Assembly (NCBI GenBank): GCA_951406725.2
Contig: OX597818.1
Span: 39,990,001-40,054,000, forward strand
From: Octopus vulgaris
Lineage: Eukaryota
Direction of reading: 5' to 3'
DNA: 64,000 nucleotides
Below are positions 1 through 12,147 of this stretch, one piece after another (positions within the stretch are counted from its first letter, which is position 1; each line of letters begins with the position of its first letter). A program made the translations under genes and the position numbers. Under the pieces are notes generated by a model, which did not search any database, was not told the origin of the DNA, and saw only the letters and a program-made list of their open reading frames with translations.

Positions 1-288
1 GGTAATTTGTCTGATGCTCTAACAATTCTGCCTGTCCATTGCCCTTGAATGTTAATGATGACTCATACATGTTAATAGTAATAATTTCTCTTTTATCACT
101 TGGTTTGCATAATAATAAACTAGAACTACCTTTAACAGATTTCAATGTTGTCAAGGTCTCTATTTGTGAAGGTCCTTGCTTCATTTTCAAGCTGTTTCAT
201 AGCAACTGGAAATATCAGGTTATGTGTGAATACTGCTGATAATGTACCAAGCTAGCACAAGCTTGTTGCATGGTTGGAATCATCATCA

Positions 289-640
289 TCTCTCTCTATA
301 TAAACGGCAGTTTGTCTGTGCGTTTTCTGTGTGTCTGTTTTCTCGTACCCTCACTCTGACCACGGCTTTCAACCGATTCTGATGAAACTTGACACACACA
401 TAGCCCAATGTCATAATTCAAAACTAACGCAGCGAAAATTTTGAAAAGTTCCCCCAGTTCTGAAAAAAATCGATAAATTCGACATGGGGTCGAGAATCAG
501 AAACCCAAACCACAGACCGTCAAAAAAAATTTACCATAATTTTTTTTCCATTTTTTTGCTATTTTTTGGCTATAACTCTCTAAAAATGCTTTATAGTTAT
601 TTCCCTTACAAACCTGAGCAACGCCGGGCGATACTGCTAG
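289..640 (+). mobile_element. Non-autonomous Helitron
   Basis: Starts TC(TC)nTATATAAA, ends with subterminal hairpin CCTGAGCAACGCCGGG then ATACTGCTAG; inserted between A288 and T641 with no TSD, inside a (CAT)n tract. These are the canonical Helitron termini. Confidence 0.85.
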
Positions 641-2702
641 TCATCATTATAATTTAATGTCTGTTTTCCATGTTGGTATAGCTTGGATGGTTTGACAGGA
701 TCCAGTGAGCTACAGGGCTGTATTGAGCTCCAGTGTCAGCTTTTGCATGGTTTCTATGGCTGCATATCATCATCACCATCATTTAATGTCTGTTGTCCAT
801 GCTTTCATGTGTTGGACAGTCTGACCAGGCCTAGCAAGCTGGAAGGCTGCACCAGACTCCAATCTGGTTTGGTATGGTTTCTATGACTGGTTTCCCTTCC
901 TAATGCCAATCACTCCGAGAGTGTAATGGTTGCTTTTACGTGCCACTGGCACAGGTGCCATTTGCATGATACCGGTATCTTCCATGACTGCTATTTTATT
1001 TGGCTTGATGCGTCTTCTTCTCAAGCATGAATAATGCCAAAGGTTTTGGTCATTGTTTCTGTGAGGCCCAACACTTGAAAGGAGTTCAGCTACTTTGCCT
1101 CTTTGAGGCCCAACACTTGAAAAATGCTTTGTATGTGCCAGCGGAATAGGTGCCAGTTACATGACACCAGCGTCAGCCATGACTATGATTTCACTTGGCT
1201 TGACGGGTTTTCTCAAGCACAGCATATCGCTAAAGGTCTTGGTCACTAATCATTGTTTCTGTTAGGTCCAGAGTTCAAAGATCATGCTTCATCACCTTGT
1301 CCCACGTCTTCCTGGGTCTACTTCTATCACAGGCTCCCTCCACAGTTAGAGATTAGCACTTCTTTACACAGCTGTCCTTGTCTATGACCTTACCAGCCCA
1401 ATCGCTCTTGCACACCACATCTGATGCTTCTTATGCTCAACTTTTCTCTTGAGATACTTACACTGTCGAACATGCACACCGACATTGCACATCCAGTAAA
1501 GCATACTGACTTCATTTCTTTCAAGCCTATGCATGTCCTCAGCTATCACAGCCCATGTTTCACTGCCATGCAGCATACAATCTACCTTTCACTCTAAGAG
1601 ACCCTTTGTTGTCAGCAGAAGTAGGAGCTCTCTGAGCTTTGCCCAGCCTAATTTTATTCTCACAGCTACACTCTTGGAGCATCCACCTCTGCTGCTAACT
1701 TGTCACCTAGATAATGGTAGCTATCTACTACCTCTAGCTTACCTCCATGGCAGTTGTGTTTATTGTACCTGTGCATCTTCCACATACAAATCTATTTTCA
1801 CTGTTAACCTTCCTCTGATATTGCTGCACCTCTTATGTGTGCGAAGCCTACACTGGATGCATCTTATGTTGTTTCTTCCTATGACTTATTTACAGATTAG
1901 GCAGGGCCATCTACCTGAAGGGATTTGTGATTTGTCTTCTTTCCTACTCTAATCCTTGTTTCCATACCTGAAACTTCTCTAGTTCTGGTAGCGATTCAGC
2001 TGTTAGAGCAAGGTCATCAGCATAGAGGAGCTCCCAGGGGCAGCCTGTCTTAAATTCCTCTGTTATTGCCTGAAGGACTACGATGAACATAAGGGGGTGG
2101 CTGAGGACCGATCCTTGGTGAACCTCTTCTTCCACTCTGAATTCTTTGCTGTATTCATTGCCAACCTTCACCTTACAGGTAGCATCCATGTACATGACTT
2201 GTAGAGCTCTCACCAACCACTCGTCCCCTCCCTATTTTCTGCATTGACCACAAGATAAGAAATCGGGGAACCCTGTCAAACGGCTTTCTCCAAGTCAACA
2301 AAGGCCAAGTACAGAGGTTTATCCTTGGCTTATGTATTTCTTCTGCATCTGTCTCATCAGAAATATAGCATCAGTGGTACTTCTCCCTAGCACAAAACCA
2401 CACTGTATCTCATCTAGACTCTCTGCCTAATTAGTTGGGCTATGATCCTCTTAGTAACTTTCATCACCTGATCCAACAATCTGATACCACTAATAATTTC
2501 TATCTAAGGCATCACCTTTACCTTTGTAGCAGTTGACTATAGTGCTGCTCTACCAGTCATTGAGTATGACTCCTTCGTGAACCACCTGATTTACAATAGG
2601 GGTGACTAGATCATAACCCACATCGCCAGATATTTTAAGCATTTCAGTGGTGATTCCTGGTGGGCCAGAGACTTTCCCTATCTTTATATCCTTAACTGCT
2701 TT
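641..2702 (-). mobile_element. 5'-truncated, frameshifted RTE-clade LINE (family A): RT region, C-terminus and 3' UTR with (GAT)n tail
   Basis: ORF 1944-2216 has HQGSVLS..PLMFIVVL and LLYADDLAL (RT motifs); ORF 1382-1576 has LHGSETWA; upstream GPPGITTEMLKISG; C-terminal KHDL*TLDLTETMISDQDL*RYAV; followed by the UTR shared with about 20 short copies. The tail is present twice (about 641-760 and 765-960). Confidence 0.9.
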
Positions 2703-3109
2703 CTCTTTTAATATCAACCACTTTACAGTATGTACTGGCTGTGTTTTTCTTTTCTTTTTTTTCTCTCGGTGCAGTCACTAAGTAGCTTGCAAGATATGAA
2801 AAGCCACCTCGACTAAGTGGGGGAGGAGTGTTTGAAACCAGGAGTGAGTGGGGCACATGTCTTGCTTCACACACACACACACAACCCTATATAATATATA
2901 TAGATATGTAGGATATGAGAGGTATTGGTGTCAAAAAGGCTTAAAGGTCTTGGGTAATGCTGAGTAAGTGCTATGTACAGACTATAGTTAAATAATGGAA
3001 CTACAGATACGATATCCTTACATATTTCATGTCTGTTTTCATTCCTCCACTTGACTCTGCTTTTCATATCTTCTCTATAATAACTATTGCTTAACCATCT
3101 TCTCACACC

Positions 3110-3157
3110 GTCTCCGATGAAGGGATATATAAAATATCCCGGAAACAGCTGTAAGGC
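3110..3157 (+). ncRNA. Minimal type I hammerhead ribozyme-like motif in a (TA)n-flanked element (about 2890-3230)
   Basis: GTCT-CCGATGA-A-GGGATAT(ataaa)ATATCCC-G-GAAAC-AGCT-GTA-AGGC: stem I GUCU/AGGC, 7-bp stem II, palindromic stem III ACAGCUGU, GUA triplet; core has a U4C variant. Confidence 0.6.
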
Positions 3158-3650
3158 CTCTTTATAAATGTTCTGAAAACTATTCACTGCCTTGGATTTT
3201 TTTTTATCTCATTCTGTTTATATATATATATGAGGCTTAATTTTAGGTGAAACTAGACTAGTATGGTGATCTTGCTTGCTGTGGGGCAGTTATCTCCCCT
3301 GTCAGTGCAGAGACATGGGCTTCTTTGCAGCTCTAAAGATTTTTTAACTCTTATTTCTTGCAATGTACCCTGCACTGTCAGTCACAATCAGTGACAATTG
3401 AATTTTTCCTTTTTGGTTTTATATCATATATAGCCACCGTTGTTATTATTTGTGTATTTGAAACCTTTGTGTATTTGCCTCTTCCTCATTGCTAGGCAAG
3501 CAATGTTGGTTTATTTACATCCCCATAACTTAGTGGTCCAGTAAAAGTGACTCATAGAATCAGTAATAGACTCTAAAAATATTAGTACCAGGGTCAATGT
3601 ATGTATGTATGTATGTATGTGTGTGTATATTGACCAACTTGGTTACTGTA

Positions 3651-3880
3651 GGCGGTGAGCTGGAAGAATCGTTAGCACGCCGGGCGAAATGCTTAGCAGT
3701 ATTTCATCTGTCACTACTTTCTGAGTTCAAATTCCGCCGAGGTCGACTTTGCCTTTCATCCTTTCGGGGTCGATTAAATAAGTACCAGTTACACACTGGG
3801 GTCGATGTAATCGACTTAATCCGTTTGTCTGTCCTTGTTTGTTCCCTCTATGTTTAGCCCCTTGTGGGCAATAAAGAAAT
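3651..3880 (+). mobile_element. tRNA-derived SINE family B
   Basis: Head GGCGGTGAGCTGG, B-box GAGTTCAAATTCC, central GCCTTTCATCCTTTCGGGGTCGAT..AAGTACCAG (resembles the Meta domain as I recall it). At least 14 copies in the window. Confidence 0.85.
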
Positions 3881-3995
3881 ATATATATATTAAAGTGTTT
3901 CTATACAGTTTCTATCAATCATATTATTTTACTCACAAGTTATTACTCAACCTGAGATTGGGAAGTGAACTTCTTAACCATTTGCTGATGCCTGT

Positions 3996-4320
3996 TACTC
4001 ATGCCTGTGTCTGACTAAAAAAAAAATCTGAGTACTAAATAGAACATTTGTTTTGATCATGTGTTTTGCTTGAGCAAGACTGACCTGCTGCTGAACAATG
4101 ACAGCAACATTAACAACAAGAACACAATAACTAGATCAAGAACATGTGCATGCATACATACTCACGCCTGTGTCTGACTAAAAAAAAATCCGAGTGCTAA
4201 ATAGAACATTTGTTTTGATCATGTGTTTGCTTGAGCAAGACTGACCTGCAGCTGAACAACGACTGCAACATTAACAACAAGAACACAATAACTAGATCAA
4301 GAACATGTGCATGCATACAT
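3996..4320. repeat. Tandem duplication, 2 x about 163 bp
   Basis: TACTCAYGCCTGTGTCTGACTAAAA...GTGCATGCATACA at 3996-4158 and 4159-4320, differing by a handful of substitutions and indels. Confidence 0.95.
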
Positions 4321-4548
4321 CCCAAACTCCTTATCACAACATGACACAATCAGACACCATTTGAAGAGTGTTTCTGACTTTGTGATATTTTATCCCATAA
4401 GCTGAGTGTTTTCAGAACTATTTTTAATCCACTTGGTTCTTAAGATAGTAACCCATGGTTTGGGAGAACTTTGGGTTCTATTTCTACTCAATTCAAGTGG
4501 CCACATAGAGGTTCTCTTGTTATGAATCATATGAAACATGGCCACAGT

Positions 4549-5010
4549 TGGCACAGGTATAGCTGTGTGGTTTAGAAGCTTGCTTCTCAACCATGGAGCC
4601 TTACGTTCAGTTCCACTGTACAGCACCCTTAGGGCAGGTGCTTTTTACTACAGTCTCAATCCTACAAAAGTAGTGTAAGTGGATTTAGAAAGTGGAAACT
4701 GAAAGAAACCTATTCATCATCATCGTTTGACGTCCGTTTTTCGTGCTAGCACGGGTTGGACGGTTTGACCGTGGTCCGGGAAGCTAGGAGGCTGCACCAG
4801 GCCCCAGTCTGATCTGGCAGTGTTTCTACAGCTGGATGCCCTTCCTAACGCCAACCACTCTGTGAGTGTAGTGGGTGCTTTTTACATGCCACCAACACAG
4901 GTGCCAGGGGAGTCTGGCAGCGTCCACGATCGGTTGGTGTTTTTTTACATGCCACCGGCACAGAAGCCAGGTCTCTTCAAGCACAGCAGATTGTTCTGAA
5001 ATCCAAGGTA
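4549..5010. mobile_element. SINE A 5' half (+, about 4549-4714) abutting an RTE-A 3' UTR copy (-, about 4715-5010)
   Basis: GGCACAGGTATAGCTGTGTGG..GGAAACTGAAAGAAACC, then CATCATCATCGTTTGACGTCCG..GCTGGATGCCCTTCCTAACGCCAACC. Confidence 0.8.
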
Positions 5011-5431
5011 GTATATAAATAATTTTATTAGGGGATCTCTTAACTTAATGGTACAGAGCACTCAGCCGGAATTTGAGAGGTGCAGAGTTCAATTCCTTGT
5101 AGTGGCTTTCTGGCCAGTTTTTAATAAATTATGTCAATACACATCCTATTTCACAGAAACCCAAAATCTTTTCCGGGAACCTTAGGTAGAGCTCGCTTTA
5201 ATAGAGGTTTAGATAAACATAAAAAACAAACACGCACATACAAATGATAGCAGTTGTTTTTATAGTGTCAGTAACCTAGATATGCTGCTGGAATGTACAA
5301 CACCAATAAGAAGAATGGCAGTTGTTGTGCTCTGCTCAAGTTCTCCTTATTTACCTCCACTCTGGTTACCATTAGAACTTACTAGCTAATAAAGAACCCA
5401 ACAACAGGGTTTTTATCAAGCTGCTTAATTC

Positions 5432-5700
5432 TCTAGAAATAGCAGCCAAGTTCTCTAAAATCACACCCTACTGTCTTAGAAATGGTAAAGGCATATTTGA
5501 TGATATTGTGGCTGCTGTTTTTTTTTAGAAATGGTAGCTAAATTCTTGCGATTCACACCCTACAGTCTTAGAAAAGGAAAGTCATTTTTGATAATGTTGT
5601 GGTTACTATTTTCAAGAAATAGCCAAGTTCTTTCAAATCACACCCTGCTGTCTCAGAAAACAGAAAGATATTTTTGATAATATTGTCTGAGATACAGAAC
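5432..5700 (+). repeat. Three diverged tandem copies (about 90 bp) of a sub-unit of dispersed repeat C
   Basis: AGAAATAGCAGCCAA..AATCACACCCTACTGTCTTAGAAA repeated three times; single copies of this motif occur near 7760, 24190, 26300, 28518 and, reversed, near 20210, 26920 and 59130. Confidence 0.75.
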
Positions 5701-5811
5701 CTGAAGTAAAGACAACCTGGTCATGGCTAGAATTCTCTTTAGAATTCTGATTATAAGTTTTGCTCTACAAGGGTTGACCTAAACAACAGCAAAAACACAT
5801 TCTTGTACATC

Positions 5812-6182
5812 CAACACAATGTGCACAGACACACACAACACACATATGCACACACACAAACACACATACGCACACACACAACACACATACGGACACACAA
5901 ACACATATGTACACACACAAACACATACACATGCACACAACACACATACGCACACACACAACACACATACGCACACACACAACACACATACGCACACACA
6001 CACACAACACACATACGCACACACACACAACACACATACGCACACAAACACACATACACACACACACAAACACACATACGTACACACAACACAAATATGT
6101 ACACACAACACACATACGCGCACAACACTCGCACACAACACACACACAACACAATGCACACACACACACACACACACACACA
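5812..6182. repeat. CA-derived compound micro/minisatellite
   Basis: Repeating about 21-bp unit ACACACAACACACATACGC embedded in (CA)n. Confidence 0.95.
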
Positions 6183-6444
6183 TGCTAACAAGGGAGCCTT
6201 TATAGTTCAGTGCCCCCTTTTGCTGAATGTTGTTTTTCAAATATCCATTCTCCATGTTTTATGAAAATAAGAAAAGCAGATTATTTTAATGAAATGGGAC
6301 CTAATTTCACATAGTGGGTTTATTATCTATATTCCCATACAGAATCTTGTTCAACATGTGCCTCTTTCCAGATATGTGTCAGCAAATGCTTTCTATGTTA
6401 AATTTTTATGGGAATCGCTAAAGAGGGTGAGGACACCTCATTGT

Positions 6445-7555
6445 CAACATTATTTAATGGCCATGTTTCCATGCTTGCATGGGTCTGAGGGAGTTTATTG
6501 AGACACTTTTCTACTGTAGTATGCCATTCCTGTTGCCAGCCCTCACTGTTTCCAGACATGTTTTTCATGGATAACTGGAAATGAACAACACTGCTTGTAC
6601 GACAGTGATGCTCATTTACAGTCATTACATAATTTTAAGATAAGGAGACTCAGACATGTTCTTTACATGTCCTTCCTAATGCCAACCACTTTACTAAGTG
6701 TACTGGGTGCTTTTTACATGCCACCAGCACCATTGCTTTTTATGTGGTACTGTCTTTGTGCCAGTTGATGAATGATTAAAGGTACAGAGGCATTTTGCTG
6801 TAGAGTAGATGCATGGATGCCCCAGTTGGAAAAGAAAGTGTGAGTTAGGGAGTCAGGTAAAGAGAGCATGTGAGTCCGGGAGTAAAATAAAAAGAGCAGT
6901 AATGGGAGAGATGGTGGTGAAAATGTGTCAAAACCAGTGACAGTGGTAAATGGAGTAAATATAGGAGAGGTTTGGGAGCATGGGTTGTGGTAGATATGTG
7001 AGGGCATTGAGGGTGATAGCAGATAAGTGAGGTATTAATAACACGGGGTGGGGAGAAAAGATACAGGAAGGAAGTTAGTAGGCAGAGGAAGATAATGGGA
7101 AATGGAAATGTCTTGGGGTGGGGAGGAAGGTAAGTAAGAAAGCAGGGGTATGTAGTATGTGCCTACAGTGCTCTGAGGTGATAGAGAAATGATGGGTTTA
7201 AGGGGCTGAAATGAAGGGAGAAATGGCTGACAGGTCAGAGAGGATGCAGGTGTGCATGGAGAAGAGCTGCTCACAGACAAGCATTAGCTAAGTGGTTTTA
7301 GGATATCAATTCTGCTGTGCTGGATAGGCCTTCTCAAATGCAGCAAAGCACTCTGTTCTTTATTTTCTCCTTCATAAGGCTCAGTGTCTTGCGATTGGCC
7401 TTCAATACTTCATCTCATATCTTCCTGGGTCTCCCTCTTTCATGAATTGCATCCAGTTTAAGTGATCGGCTCTTTTCTATGCAGCTGTCTACATCCATAT
7501 GCATCACATGGCCAAACCAGTGCAGTCTTCTCTCTTGCACATTGCTTCTAATTCC
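6445..7555 (-). mobile_element. Decayed RTE-A 3' end interrupted by a purine-rich tract (about 6800-7280)
   Basis: 7385-7545 translates QERRLHWFGHVMHMDVDSCIEKSRSL..RGRPRKI*DEVLK; 6445-6750 matches the RTE-A UTR. Confidence 0.6.
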
Positions 7556-8404
7556 TTTTTCAAAATAGCTTTGTCAATTTAAAATTCTGACGAGTTGTTC
7601 ATTAATATAAATATTGTAACTGGTTTAAACATTTTTCTAAATAAAACCCCAACCTCTTTAAACATTTAGTGGCTTCCTCCGTACTGTCCTTGTGGCAATA
7701 TTTCTAAAAGGACACAGCTAGCCAGGTTAAGAACTATTCTCTGTACAGTCACTTGACCTGCTAGAAATAACAGCCAAATTCCCTTCAAATATCACCTCAC
7801 AGTCTTAAAAAGAAATACATACACATTGGATAATGGGTCTTAGATAAACCCCAAAAGACTGAATAGTTATAAGAAGAATGCCTTTCACCATATGTCTGCT
7901 AGATCAGAATTAACTTGGAACTAAACAACATGCACATTACAATACAGATACACCACAACTGTCTATCACTCTTGCACACACCTGTGTACACATGCACACA
8001 CACACACACACTGTGTAATGCCCTTAATTGTTGCAAAGTTGTAATTATTAAGTAATTTCACTTATGTAATTATCAGTTGATTTAGGAAGTAAATGATCCT
8101 TGTTGGTAATTCAACGTTGATATACCAGAGATATTTACAACATCCGCTATGTCTCTTATCTATCTCAGAATCTTCTTACTCTTTAGTGCTGGCAACATTT
8201 ATTCTGAAAATTTTATTTTAACTCTTTTTAACTCATTTTCTCTTGCTCATATTTAAATTTATACCTCCTTTTTTTTCTGTTTGTTTTCATCATCATTGTG
8301 TTGTATACAGACAAATACTATCAAACTCTTGCACCCAGAATTTCTTCTCCTGCATTGCTCTTGGTAGGTTGCCCTTCAGAAGATCCCTAGATTGCTTTCT
8401 GTGC

Positions 8405-8670
8405 TTTGTTTCCCCACATCAGCATTTGATTTAACACCTCATCCTTGCTGGGAAAGCAATGTCCCCAGAATCTTAGTCTTCTTTCCTTTATGTTCGCGGT
8501 AACTCTTGGAAGATTTTCCATAAAAAATCCTTGTTTGTTATATGGGACTGCCATTTGATGTTAAGTGCTGCTCTCAGAAGTCTTGTATATGTTCCATTTA
8601 GTTTTCTTTCCTCTTAGAGTCCATGTTGTGCAGCCATATAAGAGTATGGTTCCTATTGTTGTTCTAATTG
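8405..8670 (-). mobile_element. Decayed LINE C-terminal fragment (RTE-like, distinct family)
   Basis: Across frameshifts: TILLYGCTTWTL..KLNGTYTRLLRAALNIKWQSHITNKDF..NLPRVTANIKERRLRFWGHC..QMLMW, the typical post-RT region of RTE-like ORFs. Confidence 0.75.
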
Positions 8671-8699
8671 AGAAAAAATAAGATATGTTTGGATATGTA

Positions 8700-9090
8700 G
8701 GCGTAGGAGTGACTGTGTGGTAAGTAGCTTGCTTATGAACCACATGGTTCTGGGTTCATTCCCACTGCGTGGCACCTTGGGCAAGTGTCTTCTACTATAG
8801 CCCCGGGCTGACCAAAGCCTTGTGAGTGGATTTGGTAGACGGAAACTGAAAGAAGCCCATTGTATATATATATATGTTTGTGTGTGTATGTTTGTCCCCC
8901 CAACATCGCTTGACAACCAATGGTGGTGTGTTTGCGTCCCCATAACTTAGCGGTTCGGCAAAAGAGTCCAATAGAATAAATACTCGGCTTCCAAAGAATA
9001 AGTCCCGGGATCGATTTGCTCGACTAAAGGCGGTGCTCTAGCATGGTCGCAATCAAATGACTGAAACGAGTAAGTAAAAAAAAAAGTAAA
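8700..9090 (+). mobile_element. tRNA-derived SINE family A (CORE-like), full length
   Basis: Head GGCGTAGGAGTGACTGTGTGGTAAG, B-box-like GGGTTCATTCCC, CORE-like CACCTTGGGCAAGTGTCTT, internal (TA)n(TG)n, tail TGACTGAAAC..AGTAAAA. Confidence 0.88.
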
Positions 9091-10104
9091 TATGATAGAG
9101 AAATTTTACCCCGTGGATTGATTCACAACTTTTTTTACTCATCTGCCTGTGTGTTTGTACATTTTTCCATGCTTGCATAGATCAGACATGTCTTTTTTAT
9201 CCAGCACGGTAAGGTGCTGCTTGTTGTAGATTTGCAACTGGGTTGCTAAGTAATTAACTAGCTAGATAAACAGATATTTTACTTGTCTGACAAGTATATT
9301 TACATTTACATAAATAGGTTCATGATTACAAAATAGTATGTATATTAGCAGCATTTGTAACTGATTAGAAATGACAAAAAAAAAAAACTACTCTAAAAGC
9401 CTTGGTAAACCAAAAGTGAGTATGCAAATATTGGGGTATCTAATCTTAAATTTCAATTTAAAAGGCAATTTTCTGAGCTTATGTATTTGTGGAAACTTTT
9501 TTTTTTTTTTTCACCCAACATAATTAGTGCAGTAAATTGTCAGTTGTTTACACATATGACAGGATCCAACATGTAATATGATGATTGGAAAATTTGTGCT
9601 TATCTGTGATTATCCATCATACTAATAAGCAAAAACACTTTCCAAGGATGTTTTAAATCTAAAAACAAGCAGCATGGGTGATTAGCTCACTGAAATTTTA
9701 CGAAAATAATACATTGTAGATTGTAGGCTGTCTTGTCTTCAAAGCTAGCTGTTGAGAGGAATGGATGAGGCTAAATTCCTTCACAAGGCATTGATTGGCC
9801 CAGGGCTATAATAGAAAGCACTTACCCAAGATACCACACAATGGAACTGAACCCAAAACCATTAGGCTGCATAAAGCCATATACATGTGTGTGCACACAC
9901 ATGTACACATACACACATGTGCTGGTGCCACATTAATAGCACCCAGAGCAGTCTGTAAAGTGGTGGGTGTTAGGATGGGTACCTAGCCATAGAAATCCAG
10001 GCAGCTCTTTAGCTGGCCAACTTCTGTCAAACTGTCTAACCAATAGAGAATGGGCATTAAATGATGATGATCTCTCTGTCTGTCTCTCTCTCAGTCTCTC
10101 TCTG

Positions 10105-10208
10105 TCATCTGAAGAGACACATTTGCACTGTTGGATGCTCTTGAACCAGTTGTTAAGTATCTCACCCATGAGAGGTTGATGCTAGATGGGTCGAAATAGT
10201 TGTAGTGA
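10105..10208 (+). ncRNA. Type I hammerhead-like motif with long stem II
   Basis: TCAT-CTGAAGA-GACACATTT..about 60 nt..AGATGGGTC-GAAA-TAGTT-GTA-GTGA; stem I UCAU/GUGA; base of stem II pairs with one mismatch; stem III weak. Confidence 0.5.
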
Positions 10209-10479
10209 TTAATAAAAATTATTGTATCTTCCATCGTCTGTCTCTTATGAACCAAATATCTGTTTATCTATCTATCTATACATATACAATCATACACACA
10301 CACACACATATACACATATAAGGGCATCCAGCTGTAGAAACCATGCCAAATCAGACTGGAGTCTGGTGTCGCCCCTCAGCTTGCCAGTCCTGGTCAAACC
10401 ATCCAACCCATGCCAGCATGGACAACAGATGCTAAATGATGATATATATATGTGTGTGTGTGTGTGTATGTATGTATGC

Positions 10480-10517
<38 letters not shown>

Positions 10518-11402
10518 AAAACGGACATTAAATGATATTAAGTGGGCGGAAGCAAAGTTACCCTTAGCAAAATTTGAACTTGTAGTATTGACCCAGAAGT
10601 TTGTTCAGTACAATCTTCTGGGTCAATCTACACTTTCACTTTACAAAAAAAAAAAAACCAACAATAAAACAAAAAAAAATCTCATGGTCATAAAGAACTA
10701 ATTTTAGAGGGAATGAATAAGGATATTGTGGCTTTCTTGTGCTCTCTTTTAAGCGTATTTTGTCATAAGTAATAGAATCTATATTAAGCTGAAACTTCAC
10801 TTTTAAATACTATTTAAATATTTTTGAGAATTTTCTGTTTACTTAAACTACAATACTCACACTCACCCAGAAAACGTAATCTTTTAGTTTTTAGGTGGTA
10901 ATTACAAATACTAGCAAATTACATTTTAAATACTACTGATTTAGAACTAATTAAAAGTTGACATTTATAGAAATTTTTACCAACATATTTTCTTTTCTTT
11001 ATTCATGTCTTTCTTTTGATTAGTGGTAAAGAAAAAAATATATTAATAAATGAAATAGGAAAATTATGAATAAATGTGACAGTGAATGAGGTTAGAATGA
11101 ATTAATGTTAATATTTGTTTCAAGTGTGCTCTTTGTGAAGATTTCACTATTTGGAGTGGAACAAGTTATGTAAGACCTGTTTTGTTTTTGTTTCTGTTTA
11201 GCCCCAAGATAAGCACTGAATGAGCTGACAGTTGGTGCAGGTATGGCTGTGTGGCAAGAAGTTTGCCTCTCAACCATATGGTTCTGGGTTCAGTCCCACT
11301 ATGTGGCACCTTGGCCAAGTGTCTTCTATTTTAGCCTCGAGCCAATCAAAACCTTGTGAGAAGAAACTGAGGTGTGTTTGCATGGGTGCATGCATGCATG
11401 CA

Positions 11403-11460
<58 letters not shown>

Positions 11461-11463
<3 letters not shown>

Positions 11464-12126
11464 TGGATTCTCTCATCGAAGACGATGAATGAGGGTTCAG
11501 TAAATAACCTTCAACAATTCCTAAGCCTTGTGACACGCATGTGTACCTTCAATCCAGCAGATGTCTTGCACACTTTCTCGCAAATGGTACACCTGCATGT
11601 ATTCATTGGTTCAAAATGTCTTCTCGAGTGGACAGATAACCCAGCTTTGCTTCGTGCTTTAAACCCACAGTGACACACACAGTCATTGTTTGGTGGATTT
11701 TGCTGATGCATTGCTTTCAAATTTGCACGAAGGGCGTCCCTATGATGAAGATGGTTACTTTCAAATTCTCTAGTCTTTAGAAAACACATTTTCCTCCACT
11801 TGCTGCGATCCCCTGCTGCACTCTCCCAGGAGCTCAGAGCAACATCACAACACTTCAGATTGTCTTTTAGTTTGTCCTTGTAACAAAGAAGAGGACGCCC
11901 TGTTGGACGGGAAGAATTTGTCAATTGCCCATAAGAAAGCTGCTTTGGAACTCTTGAGTCATCCATTCTTACGAGATGACCAGACCACCGCATTTGTATC
12001 TTAATCAAAAATGTTTCAATACCAGTGATCTCACACCTCTCCAGTAACTCACTATTTTGAATATGATCTTGCCATTTAACATTGCAAATATAATGCAGAC
12101 ATCTCATATGGAAGGAATCAAGCTGA
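11461..12126 (-). mobile_element. 5'-truncated RTE-clade LINE 3' end (family B) with two C2H2-type zinc fingers
   Basis: ORF 11511-12167: LDSFHMRCL..KWQDHIQNSELLERC..MRWSGHLVRMDDSRVPKQLSYGQL..RPTGRP..YKDKLK..WESAAGDRSKWR, then CHC-x12-H-x3-H and CTIC-x12-H; short UTR CATCGTCTTCGATGAGAGAATCCAGCA ending in (TA)n; (TA)n on both sides. Confidence 0.9.
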
Positions 12127-12147
12127 TATATATATATATATATATGT

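Noticed and set aside
5031-5106. tRNA gene (A-box- and B-box-like motifs)
   Set aside because: No acceptor stem can be formed; at best a decayed tRNA-derived head. The same applies to the SINE heads at 42962 and 23664.
5751-6264. Long His/Thr- and Cys/Val-rich ORFs (also at 21.4-21.8, 25.6-26.0, 48.5-49.0 and 50.8-51.4 kb)
   Set aside because: Translations of CA/TG/TA microsatellites that are open in most frames.
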